The notes: a model not told the origin generated them from the sequence alone. Shown: positions 28,364-39,045, numbered from the stretch's first letter. The stretch is DNA of 64,000 nucleotides from Candidatus Cloacimonadales bacterium (GCA_942492065.1 CALODV010000013.1:1274543-1338542); one strand, 5' to 3'. Program-made: numbers and translations.

Positions 28364-29966
28364 TGCGGATAATGCTGTTATAATGGAAATAATGGGCTTA
28401 GGTGCTAAATCTGCACAAAAAAGCTATTACCCGCAGCTTAGAAAAAAGTTAATTGAGTTTGAGAAAGAAAAAGAGAGATATAGAACAATTATTTCTGCTT
28501 TGAGTGATATGATATTTGTTATGGATGAAAATAATCGACTCCTGGAATACTATGGGGCAGGAGTTGTTGATCTTCTATCTACTGATGAACTTGAGCACAA
28601 GAAGCCGGAAGATATAGCCGATTTCCCATGGTTGATGGAGTATAATAAAGCATTGGAATTTGTCAGGACAACCGGACAGACATATCACATGAATCTAGTA
28701 CAGAATATGAGAGGTGACAGATGGTATTCTGCTAACTTCAATCTCCATGAGAACAAGGAATACGTTGTAATATCTGTCAGGGATGTAACAGAAATTCGAA
28801 ATACCAGATTAGAGTTGGAAAAGACAAAGAATTATATAGATGATATCTTGAACTCAATGCCGTTTATGCTTATTGGTGTTGATTGGGATTTGAATGTTAC
28901 ACAATGGAATAAAAATGCAGTTGTTCAAACAGGGATTTCAGTTGAAGACGCAAAAGGTAAAACCATTACTGAACTGCTTCCCCTGACAAAATCTATTGTT
29001 GATACTATCATGGAAAGTCTGCAAAAATCTGAAGTAAAGCTTTTATCCGGTCAGAAGAGATACCAGGATAAGCAGCTTGTATATGAAGATATTACTATTT
29101 ATCCGCTTACAGATAGCGTTTCTTCCGGGGCAGTTATTCTTATAGAGGATGTCAGTGAATACATGAAGCTTCAAAAAGCTATGCTGCAGTCTGAGAAAAT
29201 GATGACTGTTGGAGGACTGGCAGCAGGTATGGCACACGAGATTAACAACCCTCTTGCGGGTATTATTCAAAACGGAGAAGTACTGAAAAACAGACTTTTC
29301 GGTAACTCCAATGCCAATGCCAGAAAGGCTGAATCAATAGGAGTCGACATTAATCTGGTAAGAGAATATTTAATCCAGCGAAGAATTGATTATCTTCTTG
29401 AAAATGTAGTTAAGTCGGGATTACATGCTGCCGCAATAGTGAAAAATATGCTGTCTTTCGCAAGAGAGAACAGTATTATGCAGGAAAATTGTTCAATCAG
29501 AAAGGTTATTGATGACACAATTGAGCTTGCCAGGAGTGATTATAATCTGAAGAAGAAATTTGATTTTAAAAAAATCAGGATTATCAAGAACTACGAAGAT
29601 CCAGAAGTTCTGCTGAGATGTGATGCTTCAAAGATACAACAAGTATTTCTTAATATTTTCCGAAATGGTGCAGAGGCAATGAATGAGGTGCAGAAAGAAA
29701 ACTATAACCCTGAATTCAGAATTGATGTATTTTCAGGGAAAAAAATGCTTTGTGTCGAAATTACTGATAACGGACCGGGTATAAATGATGAGACTATAAA
29801 AGATATATTCAATCCTTTCTTTACCACAAAGGAGGTTGATAAAGGAACCGGTCTTGGACTCTCAATATCTTTCTTTATCATCAAACAATTACATAATGGT
29901 AATTTGCTGGCAGAATCTCAGCTGGGAGAATGGACGAAGTTTATTATTGAACTGCCTGTTGATTAA
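28347..29966 (+). CDS. Cytoplasmic PAS-domain sensor histidine kinase (NtrB/AtoS-like)
   Basis: PAS regions. H-box GMAHEINNPLAGI. N box FRNGAEAM. G boxes DNGPGI and GTGLGLS. The start is uncertain: ATG 28347 overlaps the ADH gene by 17 nt, and in-frame ATGs follow at 28383 and 28392. Confidence 0.9.
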   Translation: MSVHSDADNAVIMEIMGLGAKSAQKSYYPQLRKKLIEFEKEKERYRTIISALSDMIFVMDENNRLLEYYGAGVVDLLSTDELEHKKPEDIADFPWLMEYNKALEFVRTTGQTYHMNLVQNMRGDRWYSANFNLHENKEYVVISVRDVTEIRNTRLELEKTKNYIDDILNSMPFMLIGVDWDLNVTQWNKNAVVQTGISVEDAKGKTITELLPLTKSIVDTIMESLQKSEVKLLSGQKRYQDKQLVYEDITIYPLTDSVSSGAVILIEDVSEYMKLQKAMLQSEKMMTVGGLAAGMAHEINNPLAGIIQNGEVLKNRLFGNSNANARKAESIGVDINLVREYLIQRRIDYLLENVVKSGLHAAAIVKNMLSFARENSIMQENCSIRKVIDDTIELARSDYNLKKKFDFKKIRIIKNYEDPEVLLRCDASKIQQVFLNIFRNGAEAMNEVQKENYNPEFRIDVFSGKKMLCVEITDNGPGINDETIKDIFNPFFTTKEVDKGTGLGLSISFFIIKQLHNGNLLAESQLGEWTKFIIELPVD

Positions 29967-29967
29967 C

Positions 29968-30411
29968 TTATAGCTTTACTATTGTCACACCTCTGTTGGT
30001 TTTATTGAAATCCTTATCTTTTCTTAAAGATGGCATTCTCTGCAGAAGCTTTTTGCTTTTGTCCGAGTCAAAATGGAAGTTCTCTCCTTCTACGAAGAAA
30101 TCTACAATCCCGGTATTTCTGAGTCTCCTTAATGCGTCTCTGAGACAGTGTCGGAGTTCACCACCTATTCCGGATGATCCATATCCATGAATTACTTTTA
30201 CACAGCTATAACCGTTATTTCCCAATCGTAACAGGTTATTCCTGAGATTCTTTTCCGCTTCCTCACATGTGGGCATATTTCTTTTAATGTTGAGTATGTA
30301 TAAACTTTTTCTGGGTTGTTTTACTGAAGTTACTCTAAGTTTATTCTGACAAAATGGGCATACCGGTGAGCTTGCAGGAACATTATTACCGCATATACTG
30401 CAAACGGACAT
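29968..30411 (-). CDS. Smr-domain protein with N-terminal zinc ribbon
   Basis: CSICGNNVPASSPVCPFCQ, then an Smr-like KVIHGYGSSGIGGELR. Confidence 0.7.
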   Translation of the reverse strand: MSVCSICGNNVPASSPVCPFCQNKLRVTSVKQPRKSLYILNIKRNMPTCEEAEKNLRNNLLRLGNNGYSCVKVIHGYGSSGIGGELRHCLRDALRRLRNTGIVDFFVEGENFHFDSDKSKKLLQRMPSLRKDKDFNKTNRGVTIVKL

Positions 30412-30422
30412 TATGAGTCTTC

Positions 30423-32471
30423 CTAAGCTATGGCTGTATGTCTTTTTCTGAAAATCTGTATCAGATAAGATATGCCGTACATACCGAAACCTGCAAAATA
30501 CATGTAGTAGCGATATTGTGAGTCAATATTCAATAGCTTTGTTATTGAAGAAGGATAGAAGAATATCAAAGAGGTAAGCAGGAAAATTGGCACTTCATAC
30601 CACTTGTTCTTGATAATGAACCAGCCCTGGACTGCATTGGTAAATGCAAAAGCTCCCATTACAGCCATGGCAAAAATCAATAAAGCCTGACTGAATGATG
30701 ATACCCCAACAAGTACAAGCTCCGGATTGAATACAAACATAAATGGTATTACTCCTGTACGAAGATCATATATGAAGCCCTGAATCCCCGTTTTGATTGG
30801 ATTTGACTTAGCTATTGCCGAAGCAGCATAGGCTGCCAGTCCGACAGGAGGAGTGTCATCTGCCAGAATCCCGAAATAAAAGCAGAATAAATGTGCAGAG
30901 ATAGCCGGAATAGGACTCATTCCTATTTTGCCACTCAGTTTCACTATGATAGGCACAGTAATTGATGCCATTACAATATATGTCGCAGTTGTAGGAAGTC
31001 CCATACCGAGAACCAGACTTGCAATTGCAGTTATGAACAACAGCAGAAAGATGTTTCCTAGGGAAAGAACTTCTACAATCTGAACAATCATACTACCAAT
31101 TCCCATATTAACAATACCCACAACAATACCGGCTGTAGCTGTGGCTATTGCCACAGTTAGCATATTTCTTGAACCTGTTTTGAATCCCTCTCCCACAAGA
31201 TAAAAGAACTCTTTTACTCCGCTTAGTATACCGGAACCATCTTTTATCTTTGAAGCAAGTGATCTGATCAGGATAATAGCTATGATTGTAAGTATTGCTC
31301 TGAAAGCACCAAGTTTAGGGGAGACTCTCAGGAACACAAGCTGATGTACAAGGACGATGAGAGGAATAAGGTAGTAATATCCTTTTTTGATAACATCAGT
31401 AAACCGTGGGAGTTCTTCCTTGGGAAGTCCGCGCATATCTAATTTAGATGCTTCAAGATGAGTAATATAGAAAAGTGCAAAGTATGAAACCAGAGCTGGA
31501 ATAGCAGCGGCTTTTATTACGTCAAGATATGGGATTGCCAGATATTCTGCAATAATGAAAGCTGCAGCACCCATGATGGGCGGCATAAGCTGGCCGTTTG
31601 TACTGGCTGCAACTTCTGTTGCGGCAGCAATCTTAGGGGGATATCCCACTTTTTTCATCAATGGAATTGTGAATGTACCGGTTGTGACAACATTGGCAAT
31701 ACTTGAGCCGGAAAACAAACCTGTAAATCCGCTGGATACAACAGAAGCTTTAGCAGGGCCACCTTTGAATCTGCCTAACAGGGAGATTGCCAGGTCATTG
31801 AAGAAGGCTCCGGCACCAACTTTGTCCAGCATAGCACCAAGCAGTACAAAAAGAAAAACAGTTTGAGCAGATACATCCAGAGGAATTCCGTAAATACCTT
31901 CTGTAGAAAGCACCAGTTGAGTTACGTATTTAGTTAGTGATACTCCTTTGAACGCCAGAAATCCTGGCATATATGGACCAAGGAATGCATATGCACTGAA
32001 GCATAATGCTATAATAGCCAAAGCGGGACCAATTGCTCTGCGTGACGCTTCCTGAAGAAAAACAAGCGCTGCAAAACCCAGGACAATATCCCGGACTATT
32101 GGTCTGCCGGCTCTGGACACCAGGCCATCCCAGTCCAATATGATATACAAGACGGAAAGGACACCTACGATAGCAAGCAGGTAATCCATAATGGGAATCT
32201 TCTTTTTTTCTGAAAGAAACTTGAATCCTGTTACTTTTTTCAACATTGGAATTGTAAGGAAAATGAGAGATATAGCAAATGCAAGATGGATTGCTCTTAC
32301 TGCAATAGAGTCAATCAAAAGATATTCCGGCAGCAGCATCTGGAACACTGCCCAAAGAATCAATATAGTATCGACAAAGATTACATCAAATTTTCTGCTT
32401 CGTCGAAGCTTTCCTTCCTCTGCCTGCAGCATTTCTGTCATCTTATCATTCAAGTTATTCTTATTATCCAT
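30423..32471 (-). CDS. TRAP transporter fused permease (TAXI-type 4TM/12TM fusion)
   Basis: 682-aa polytopic protein located next to a TAXI solute receptor. Glycine/alanine-rich TM helices are typical of DctM-like fusions. Confidence 0.85.
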   Translation of the reverse strand: MDNKNNLNDKMTEMLQAEEGKLRRSRKFDVIFVDTILILWAVFQMLLPEYLLIDSIAVRAIHLAFAISLIFLTIPMLKKVTGFKFLSEKKKIPIMDYLLAIVGVLSVLYIILDWDGLVSRAGRPIVRDIVLGFAALVFLQEASRRAIGPALAIIALCFSAYAFLGPYMPGFLAFKGVSLTKYVTQLVLSTEGIYGIPLDVSAQTVFLFVLLGAMLDKVGAGAFFNDLAISLLGRFKGGPAKASVVSSGFTGLFSGSSIANVVTTGTFTIPLMKKVGYPPKIAAATEVAASTNGQLMPPIMGAAAFIIAEYLAIPYLDVIKAAAIPALVSYFALFYITHLEASKLDMRGLPKEELPRFTDVIKKGYYYLIPLIVLVHQLVFLRVSPKLGAFRAILTIIAIILIRSLASKIKDGSGILSGVKEFFYLVGEGFKTGSRNMLTVAIATATAGIVVGIVNMGIGSMIVQIVEVLSLGNIFLLLFITAIASLVLGMGLPTTATYIVMASITVPIIVKLSGKIGMSPIPAISAHLFCFYFGILADDTPPVGLAAYAASAIAKSNPIKTGIQGFIYDLRTGVIPFMFVFNPELVLVGVSSFSQALLIFAMAVMGAFAFTNAVQGWFIIKNKWYEVPIFLLTSLIFFYPSSITKLLNIDSQYRYYMYFAGFGMYGISYLIQIFRKRHTAIA

Positions 32472-32601
32472 ACATTCTCCGGTAATATTAATTTTATGTA
32501 CATTATTTATAGTTGTTCATGATTTCTTTAGCATTATGAAATTTTCCTGTTCCAAAGAGAACTTCAGAACAGGAAAAATACAAATTTTGTGCAGCTTCTT
32601 T

Positions 32602-33612
32602 TTATTCAATAATGAGTTCAGGTTTGATCAATTTATCAAGCCCTTTTTCTTTATAATACTTCAAAGCACCTTTATGAATAGGAGCTGATAGCCCTTTAAG
32701 CATACTTTCTTTAGTTATCATTTTATACGCCGGGTGAAGCATTTTAAATTCTTCAAAGTTATCAAACACTTCTTTGGTTATAGCATAAACTACATCCTCG
32801 GGTACTTTTGTGGATGATACCAATGTAGCTTTTACGCCTATGGTGTTTATATCATTTTCATTGGTTGAAGTAGGATAAAAATCTTTTGAAATTACAGATT
32901 TAGCGTAATAGCTGTATTTATCAAGAAGCTTATCGATTTCCGGACCGGTGATATCTACGAGTCGTACTTTGAGTCGACCTGCTGTAGCTTCCTTAATGTT
33001 ACCGTTAGGGTGCCCGATTGTATAGAAGAAACCGTCAATTCTTTCATCCTGAATTAATCCCGGTGACTCTACAGGTTTGATATATTCTGCTTTCAGATCC
33101 TTGTCTGCACTATAACCAATTGCTGTTAAGACATCAGTTGCACTGGCAAGATTACCTGAGCCGGCAGGTCCTAAATTGATATGTTTATCTTTGATATCTT
33201 TTATGGCTTTGATTCCACTCTTTTCGGAGGCTATCAAAGTAATAGATTCCGGATAGATTGAGAAAACAGATCTCAGTTCTGTTTGCGGAGTTGTCCATTC
33301 TTTTGATTTTCCGTGATAAGCCAGATATTGTCTGTCAGATTGAGCAACACCAAAGTCCAGCTCACCTGATAATACTGAATTGATATTATAAACTGAACCG
33401 GCTGTTGATTCAACAGTTGCTTTTAAACCGTACTCAGCTTCTTTCTTATTGATCATTCTACTGATAGCTCCACCGGTAGGATAATATACTCCGGTTACAC
33501 CACCTGTTCCGATAGTAACAAATCGGGTCCTTTTGGAATTTCCATTCTGACCGCAGCTGACAACCATGAATGCCAGTAACGCTATTAAGAAAAATAATAA
33601 TATTCTTTTCAT
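32602..33612 (-). CDS. TAXI-family TRAP transporter solute receptor
   Basis: Lipoprotein-like signal (VVSCG). IGTGGVTGVYYPTGGAISRMIN is the TAXI signature. ATG 33612 has RBS GGAGGT. Confidence 0.85.
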   Translation of the reverse strand: MKRILLFFLIALLAFMVVSCGQNGNSKRTRFVTIGTGGVTGVYYPTGGAISRMINKKEAEYGLKATVESTAGSVYNINSVLSGELDFGVAQSDRQYLAYHGKSKEWTTPQTELRSVFSIYPESITLIASEKSGIKAIKDIKDKHINLGPAGSGNLASATDVLTAIGYSADKDLKAEYIKPVESPGLIQDERIDGFFYTIGHPNGNIKEATAGRLKVRLVDITGPEIDKLLDKYSYYAKSVISKDFYPTSTNENDINTIGVKATLVSSTKVPEDVVYAITKEVFDNFEEFKMLHPAYKMITKESMLKGLSAPIHKGALKYYKEKGLDKLIKPELIIE

Positions 33613-33797
33613 ATTACCTCCAAACATTTTTATAACTTAAGTTAAAGGAATGTCAAGATTTTCGTATCTGCATAATTTCTGAACCTATAAGTGTCCTGAA
33701 TTATGTTCAGATAATTATGAAATCTGGTGAGTTGTAAAAATGTATCTAATATTTGTGTTCTTTATACTTCATTGTTAATTACAATCGATTACTGTTA

Positions 33798-33826
33798 GTC
33801 AGGGCACTGCTATACAGTGCCCTGAC
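33798..33826. terminator. Perfect 12-bp hairpin between the DUF898-like gene and the TAXI operon
   Basis: GTCAGGGCACTG-CTATA-CAGTGCCCTGAC. No clear U-tract on either strand. Confidence 0.5.
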
Positions 33827-33834
33827 ATATAAAA

Positions 33835-34167
33835 TCAGAATTTTTCAACATCTCCATTCTCTGCAAAATAGAGATTGTTAGTTTGCCATCTTTTGAATCT
33901 GCAATATCCCCAGGGACTGTATAGTCCAAAAGTAATGACTGTTAAGACTAGAATTAATAAATATGTTCCGAACAAGCCCATACCCGTACCTTTAAATACG
34001 AGCTGTTTCCCATTAATGAATGTTCTTTCAGCAATCCATTTTTGCTGGGCGCAATAAGCCCATGGCCAGTATAAGCTAAATGTGATAATAGTCAGAATGT
34101 TTGTCCAAATCATGAGCCACCAGAAGCTTAGTCCTTTCCCTCTGAATTCAAAATTACCTGTTGGCAT
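33835..34167 (-). CDS. Small DUF898 (YjgN)-like membrane protein
   Basis: FEFRGKGLSFWWLMIWTNILTIITFSLYWPWAY...FKGTGMGLFGTYLL...FGLYSPWGY matches the repeat pattern of the DUF898 family. Start taken at MPTGNFEF. Confidence 0.55.
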   Translation of the reverse strand: MPTGNFEFRGKGLSFWWLMIWTNILTIITFSLYWPWAYCAQQKWIAERTFINGKQLVFKGTGMGLFGTYLLILVLTVITFGLYSPWGYCRFKRWQTNNLYFAENGDVEKF

Positions 34168-34299
34168 ATTTTCTCCTTTTAGCGAATTTAACGAATTTAA
34201 GTGAACTGAAGTAATAAAGTCAAGAATTTTATATTTGGTAAAAATTATTTGATTAAAATTCGTGATTGACAACATTAATATTGTGATTAGAATACTAGC

Positions 34300-35439
34300 A
34301 TGAAAGTGAATGTAATTGTTATAGGAGCAGGTCCGGCAGGAACAACTGCAGCTTATATACTGGCAAAATCGGGAGTTAAGGTTACACTTATCGATGCAGA
34401 AGAATTTCCCAGACAGAAGCTTTGTGGAGGCCTACTTACTTTGAGAGCTAAAAGCCTGTTCGAAAATATTTTTGGTGAAAGCGTTAACGAAATCGCTGAT
34501 TTTGAATCTGATGGTATGAAGATGTATTTCAGGGATAAACTTCTTAGTTCAGTAAGTGGATATAAGAACTCATATCTTGTGAACAGGATTGATTTTGATT
34601 ATTATCTTCTAAAAAAAGCAGAGGAAGCTGGAGCACAGATAATTCTCGGTAAAAGAGTCAGTGATGTGAGTTGCAACACAATCAGGCTGGCGGATAATTC
34701 CCTGATTAACTATGACCTTCTTATTGGGGCTGACGGTGTGAACAGTGTAGTAGCTAAGCATCTCTATGGCAACTCATTTATTAAGAGCAAGACTGCTTTC
34801 TGTCTGGAAACGGAAATCCCGGTTGAGTCCGTTAAAGAAGATATAAAAGACCCTGAAGTATTCTTTGGTTATGCAAACTGGGGATATGGATGGGTGTTTC
34901 CAAAAAGTAAAACAGTCACGGTCGGTATAGGTGGGCTGCCGCACAAAAACAAGGATATGAAGGAAGCATTCCTTCAATTACTGCAGGACCGTTTCGGAAT
35001 AACAGATATTGCAGGTGTAAAAGGATTTCATGTTCCGGCAGGAGCATACAGAGCTAAACCGGGTAAGGGGAATATAATTGTATGCGGTGACGCGGCTGGT
35101 CTGGTTGAACCGATAACAGGAGAAGGAATAGCTTTCGCCATGCAGAGCGGTAAGTTTGCTGCGGAATCAGTTCTTGAGACATTGAAAAGCAAAGGTGATC
35201 TGTATGGCAATTACATATCAAAATACAGACAAATTCTGAAGATTATGCGTATTGCCAGATTTCTCAGGCTCTTTATATTTACTAATTTCGGGGAGAAGCT
35301 GCTCAGAAGAGAAATGCCCCGATCTGAAAGAGCAATCAAAAGACATGTTGATTTGATGTCAGATGATATGAGTTACGAAGAATATCTGAAAATAATTATG
35401 AAGAGGTTAATACAAAAACTGCTGAAAATCGGTAGATAA
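34300..35439 (+). CDS. FAD-dependent oxidoreductase, geranylgeranyl reductase family
   Basis: VIVIGAGPAGTTAAYILAKSG dinucleotide-binding motif, ...LCGG..., and GDAAGLVEPITGEGI. Confidence 0.8.
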   Translation: MKVNVIVIGAGPAGTTAAYILAKSGVKVTLIDAEEFPRQKLCGGLLTLRAKSLFENIFGESVNEIADFESDGMKMYFRDKLLSSVSGYKNSYLVNRIDFDYYLLKKAEEAGAQIILGKRVSDVSCNTIRLADNSLINYDLLIGADGVNSVVAKHLYGNSFIKSKTAFCLETEIPVESVKEDIKDPEVFFGYANWGYGWVFPKSKTVTVGIGGLPHKNKDMKEAFLQLLQDRFGITDIAGVKGFHVPAGAYRAKPGKGNIIVCGDAAGLVEPITGEGIAFAMQSGKFAAESVLETLKSKGDLYGNYISKYRQILKIMRIARFLRLFIFTNFGEKLLRREMPRSERAIKRHVDLMSDDMSYEEYLKIIMKRLIQKLLKIGR

Positions 35440-35693
35440 GTCAGTATTTATGACAGAAATGGCATAAAAAAGGAAATAACAGCCTAAGTTTAGGTATTAG
35501 AGTGTTTAAAATATGTTTTCTTACGTTCAGTGTATTTTCTCCAAAAGGTTTATCCCCAGTATTTCTTGATAGAGATCACAGGTTCTGGATAACTGCGAAA
35601 ACAAAATAGTTTTCTATATTAAAACAATTATTCTTGACAAAAACTGATTAATAATCTGCTGAATAGAACAAACTAAATAAATATGAGGTTAAC

Positions 35694-36800
35694 ATGGCAA
35701 AAGTAACTGTTACGAAAGTAAATAAATACTATGAAAACGGATTTCATGCTGTTAAGGATGCAAACATTGTCGCTGAAGATAAGGAATTTGTTATTCTGGT
35801 AGGTCCTTCAGGATGCGGAAAAACAACCACTCTGAGAATGATTGCCGGTCTGGAAGAAATCTCTGACGGAGATATTCATATCGGCGATAAGAAAGTTAAT
35901 GATATTCCACCTAAAGACCGTGATATTGCCATGGTTTTCCAGAACTATGCACTGTACCCTCATATGACAGTTTTCCAGAACATGGCTTTCGCTCTGAAAT
36001 TGAGAAAAACACCAAAAGCTGAGATTCAGCAGAAAGTCACAGAAGCTGCCGGTTTACTTGGGATAGAATCCTTACTGGACAGAAAGCCAAAGCAGCTTTC
36101 CGGTGGGCAGAGACAGCGTGTTGCTCTTGGTAGAGCAATTGTACGTAACCCAAAAGTATTCCTTTTTGACGAACCTCTTTCTAATCTTGATGCAAAACTC
36201 AGAGTGCAGATGAGAAGTGAAATCAGCAAGCTTCATAAAAAGCTGGATACAACTATGATCTATGTTACACACGATCAGGTTGAAGCTATGACAATGGGAG
36301 ATAAAATTGTTGTGATGAAGGACGGAGTTGTTCATCAGGTAGATTCTCCACTTAATATTTATAACAACCCGGTTAATCTGTTTGTTGCCAGTTTTATTGG
36401 CAGTCCATCCATAAATCAGATGCACGGAAAAATTATTGCTGAAGGTAATAAGTTATTGTTTGATGAAGGAACTTTTAAAATTGAGCTGCTTCCTGAGCAG
36501 AAATCTTACATGCAGAAATACGCCGGAAAAGAAGTTATCATGGGAATTCGCCCGGAAGATCTCTTCGATTCAAAATACGATACATTGGTAGAACACCCTC
36601 AGAGAATTGATGCTATCTGCGAAATAGTTGAACCTATGGGAAATGAGTTTATTGTCTATCTGGATACTAAGAAATCAAAACTCGTTGCCAGACTCGATCC
36701 TAAAAAACTACCGGAAATAGATAAGAAGCTTCAGATTACTATCGATATGCAGAAAGTACATTTCTTTGATAAGGATTCGGAAATCCGCATATTCGAATAA
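35694..36800 (+). CDS. ABC transporter ATP-binding protein, MalK/UgpC/MsmX type
   Basis: Walker A GPSGCGKTT. Signature LSGGQRQRVALGRA. Walker B FLFDEPLSNLD. C-terminal regulatory (TOBE-like) domain. No permease gene is adjacent. Confidence 0.9.
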   Translation: MAKVTVTKVNKYYENGFHAVKDANIVAEDKEFVILVGPSGCGKTTTLRMIAGLEEISDGDIHIGDKKVNDIPPKDRDIAMVFQNYALYPHMTVFQNMAFALKLRKTPKAEIQQKVTEAAGLLGIESLLDRKPKQLSGGQRQRVALGRAIVRNPKVFLFDEPLSNLDAKLRVQMRSEISKLHKKLDTTMIYVTHDQVEAMTMGDKIVVMKDGVVHQVDSPLNIYNNPVNLFVASFIGSPSINQMHGKIIAEGNKLLFDEGTFKIELLPEQKSYMQKYAGKEVIMGIRPEDLFDSKYDTLVEHPQRIDAICEIVEPMGNEFIVYLDTKKSKLVARLDPKKLPEIDKKLQITIDMQKVHFFDKDSEIRIFE

Positions 36801-36822
36801 ATTTTCATGAATTTTTACAATT

Positions 36823-36858
36823 GACCTGCCGAATGAACTCGACAGGTCTTTTTTTTTT
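36823..36858 (+). terminator. Rho-independent terminator
   Basis: GACCTG...CAGGTC stem followed by T10. Confidence 0.8.
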
Positions 36859-37041
36859 GCTTTTTATTAAGGAAAAATACAGATGGGTAACCTTTTTTCA
36901 GAAAAAAATCTCTTAAGATTAATGCAAGGTGTTTATTCATAGTGAATTACAATTATAAATTTTTGTTAACAATTCCCTTATACTGGATTTAAGTTTCTCC
37001 GTAAAAATCTTGCATAACAAAGAATGATATTCGGAGGAATA

Positions 37042-37887
37042 ATGAAATTTAAAAGTTCAATAGTTATTTTAATGTTATTAGTTGCTTTTTCCGGTCTTTT
37101 TGCGGAAAAAATTACTCTTGATGGCTCAACAACAGTTGGTCCTATTGCTAAAGAATTTGCTGAATACTATATGCGCACAAATAAAGGCGTTAAAGTTGAA
37201 GTTAGTGAATCCGGTAGTGGAAACGGTGCTAAATCACTGATTAACAGCACAGCTGATATCGGTAACATGTCACGTTTCATGAAAGACAAAGAATTTGCTG
37301 CTGCAGTTGAAAAAGGTGTAAAACCTGTAGCTCACGTTGTAGCTCTTGATGGTATTGCTGTAATAGTAAATAAGAAAAACTCAGTTAAGGATCTTTCAAT
37401 CGATAAAATTCGTAAGATCTATATGGGTGAAATCACAAACTGGAAAGAAGTTGGTGGACCAAACAAAGAAATCGTTATTATTTCAAGAGAATCTAACTCC
37501 GGAACACTTGATACTTTCAAGGGTTTTGTCATGACTACAAAAGAAAATGGCGAAAAAGTAAAACACAAAATTACTCCTAAAGCTGAAAGTCAGGGATCAA
37601 ACGGTGCGGTTAAACAATCAGTTCAAAAAACTGACAGTGCAATCGGATTCATCGGAATCGGTTTCATCGATAACTCAATCAAGCCTTTATCTATCAGTGG
37701 CGTAAAAGCTACAGAAGCAAACGTTATGGCTGGTAAATACCCAATTTCAAGACCATTATTCATGTTCACAAACGGTTACCCAAAAATCGGAACACACTTA
37801 CACAAATTCATCTCTCTTTATCTGACAAAAGAAGGACAGAAACTGATCAAACAATCAGGTTACATTCCTGTAACACAATACAGATAA
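37042..37887 (+). CDS. pstS: Phosphate ABC transporter substrate-binding protein
   Basis: RBS GGAGGA. Signal peptide. LDGSTTVGPIAKEFAEYY...SGSGNG is typical of the PstS family. First gene of a pstSCAB-phoU series. Confidence 0.88.
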   Translation: MKFKSSIVILMLLVAFSGLFAEKITLDGSTTVGPIAKEFAEYYMRTNKGVKVEVSESGSGNGAKSLINSTADIGNMSRFMKDKEFAAAVEKGVKPVAHVVALDGIAVIVNKKNSVKDLSIDKIRKIYMGEITNWKEVGGPNKEIVIISRESNSGTLDTFKGFVMTTKENGEKVKHKITPKAESQGSNGAVKQSVQKTDSAIGFIGIGFIDNSIKPLSISGVKATEANVMAGKYPISRPLFMFTNGYPKIGTHLHKFISLYLTKEGQKLIKQSGYIPVTQYR

Positions 37888-37893
37888 TAGATC

Positions 37894-39039
37894 ATGGAAC
37901 AAAACAAAGAAACATCATTATATATGAGTGAAAGAGCGAGCCGCTTACAGCGGCTCGGATCTTTACTCCTGCAGGGTGGACTGTTTGTGGTAACTTCAAT
38001 ATCTATGATAACAGTAATTTTTATAATCATATTTATTGCTAAAGATGCTATACCTTACTTCCAGCTGAAAGGGTTTAAGGAATTTTTCACCAGTTCAAAC
38101 TGGTATCCGGCTTCTGATCCGGGTCAGTTTGGTTCACTGGCAATTTTCCTGGGATCATTTTTAGTAACATTGGGAGCAATTTTAGTTTCAGTACCACTTG
38201 GAATCACATCTTCGATAACCCTTAGTGATATCCTTCCGTTTTCAGTTAGACAATATGCAAAACCGGTTATAGAAATCCTGGCAGCAATACCTTCAGTTGC
38301 TTATGGTTTCTTTGCACTGGTAATTTTTGCACCCATACTGCAGAATCAAGGTGGCCAGCTTCTCGGAGCTGCTTCATGGGTTATTGGGCTTCCGGTTTTC
38401 TTACTGGGGTCGTTAATATTGACAGATCTCATACTTGATAAAATAGCAACCGGAAACAATCATAAAGTATTAAATATTATAATTTTTGTAGTTTTAGCAA
38501 GTATCTCAATCTTCATTCTTTACAGAATCAGCAGTTTTCTGCATGGTTTGGTTATCCTCAGTGGAAGAAATGCTCTCAATGTTTCTATAATCCTTGGATT
38601 TATGAGCTTACCAACAATTGTAAGTGTCTCTGAAGATGCACTGCAATCTGTCGGCAGAGAGTTGAGAGAAGGTAGTTACGCTCTGGGAGCAACCAGAGCA
38701 GAGACTCTTTTTAAAGTAGTACTTCCTGCAGCAAGCAGCGGTATAGTTTCAGCAATAATTCTCGGTACAATGAGAGCTTTGGGAGAAACCATGGTAGTAT
38801 GGATGGCTTCCGGTAACTCTGCTCATATTCCGGAACCATGGTTCAATCTGCTTGAACCTGTAAGAACCTTAACCGCAACAATCGCCGGAGATATGGGAGA
38901 AGCCGATCAGGTAACAGGATCAGCCAGATATCATGTTCTTTTTGCGATGGCTTTAGTTCTGCTTGTTTTCTCATTCGTAAGTAACTTACTGAGTGAGTGG
39001 ATAGTAAACAGATCCAGACGTAAAATGAGTGGGGGATAG
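37894..39039 (+). CDS. pstC: Phosphate ABC transporter permease PstC
   Basis: Polytopic permease with the EAA-like loop region ...GSYALGATRAETLFKVVLPAA... Operon context. Confidence 0.88.
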   Translation: MEQNKETSLYMSERASRLQRLGSLLLQGGLFVVTSISMITVIFIIIFIAKDAIPYFQLKGFKEFFTSSNWYPASDPGQFGSLAIFLGSFLVTLGAILVSVPLGITSSITLSDILPFSVRQYAKPVIEILAAIPSVAYGFFALVIFAPILQNQGGQLLGAASWVIGLPVFLLGSLILTDLILDKIATGNNHKVLNIIIFVVLASISIFILYRISSFLHGLVILSGRNALNVSIILGFMSLPTIVSVSEDALQSVGRELREGSYALGATRAETLFKVVLPAASSGIVSAIILGTMRALGETMVVWMASGNSAHIPEPWFNLLEPVRTLTATIAGDMGEADQVTGSARYHVLFAMALVLLVFSFVSNLLSEWIVNRSRRKMSGG

Positions 39040-39045
39040 AGATAA

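Noticed and set aside
9027-36800. Scattered orphan ABC-transporter parts: an FtsX permease at 9027, a solute-binding protein at 24636 and a MalK-like ATPase at 35694.
   Set aside because: Orphan FtsX permeases and shared MsmX/MalK-type ATPases are common. There is no evidence that these three work together.
36860-37041. Possible Pho-box-like direct repeats upstream of pstS: TTACAATT at about 36947 and TTAACAATT at about 36966. The phoB upstream region contains TGTCAA and TTGACA.
   Set aside because: These short AT-rich words are expected by chance in this composition. The spacing and consensus for this lineage are unknown, so they were not called as features.
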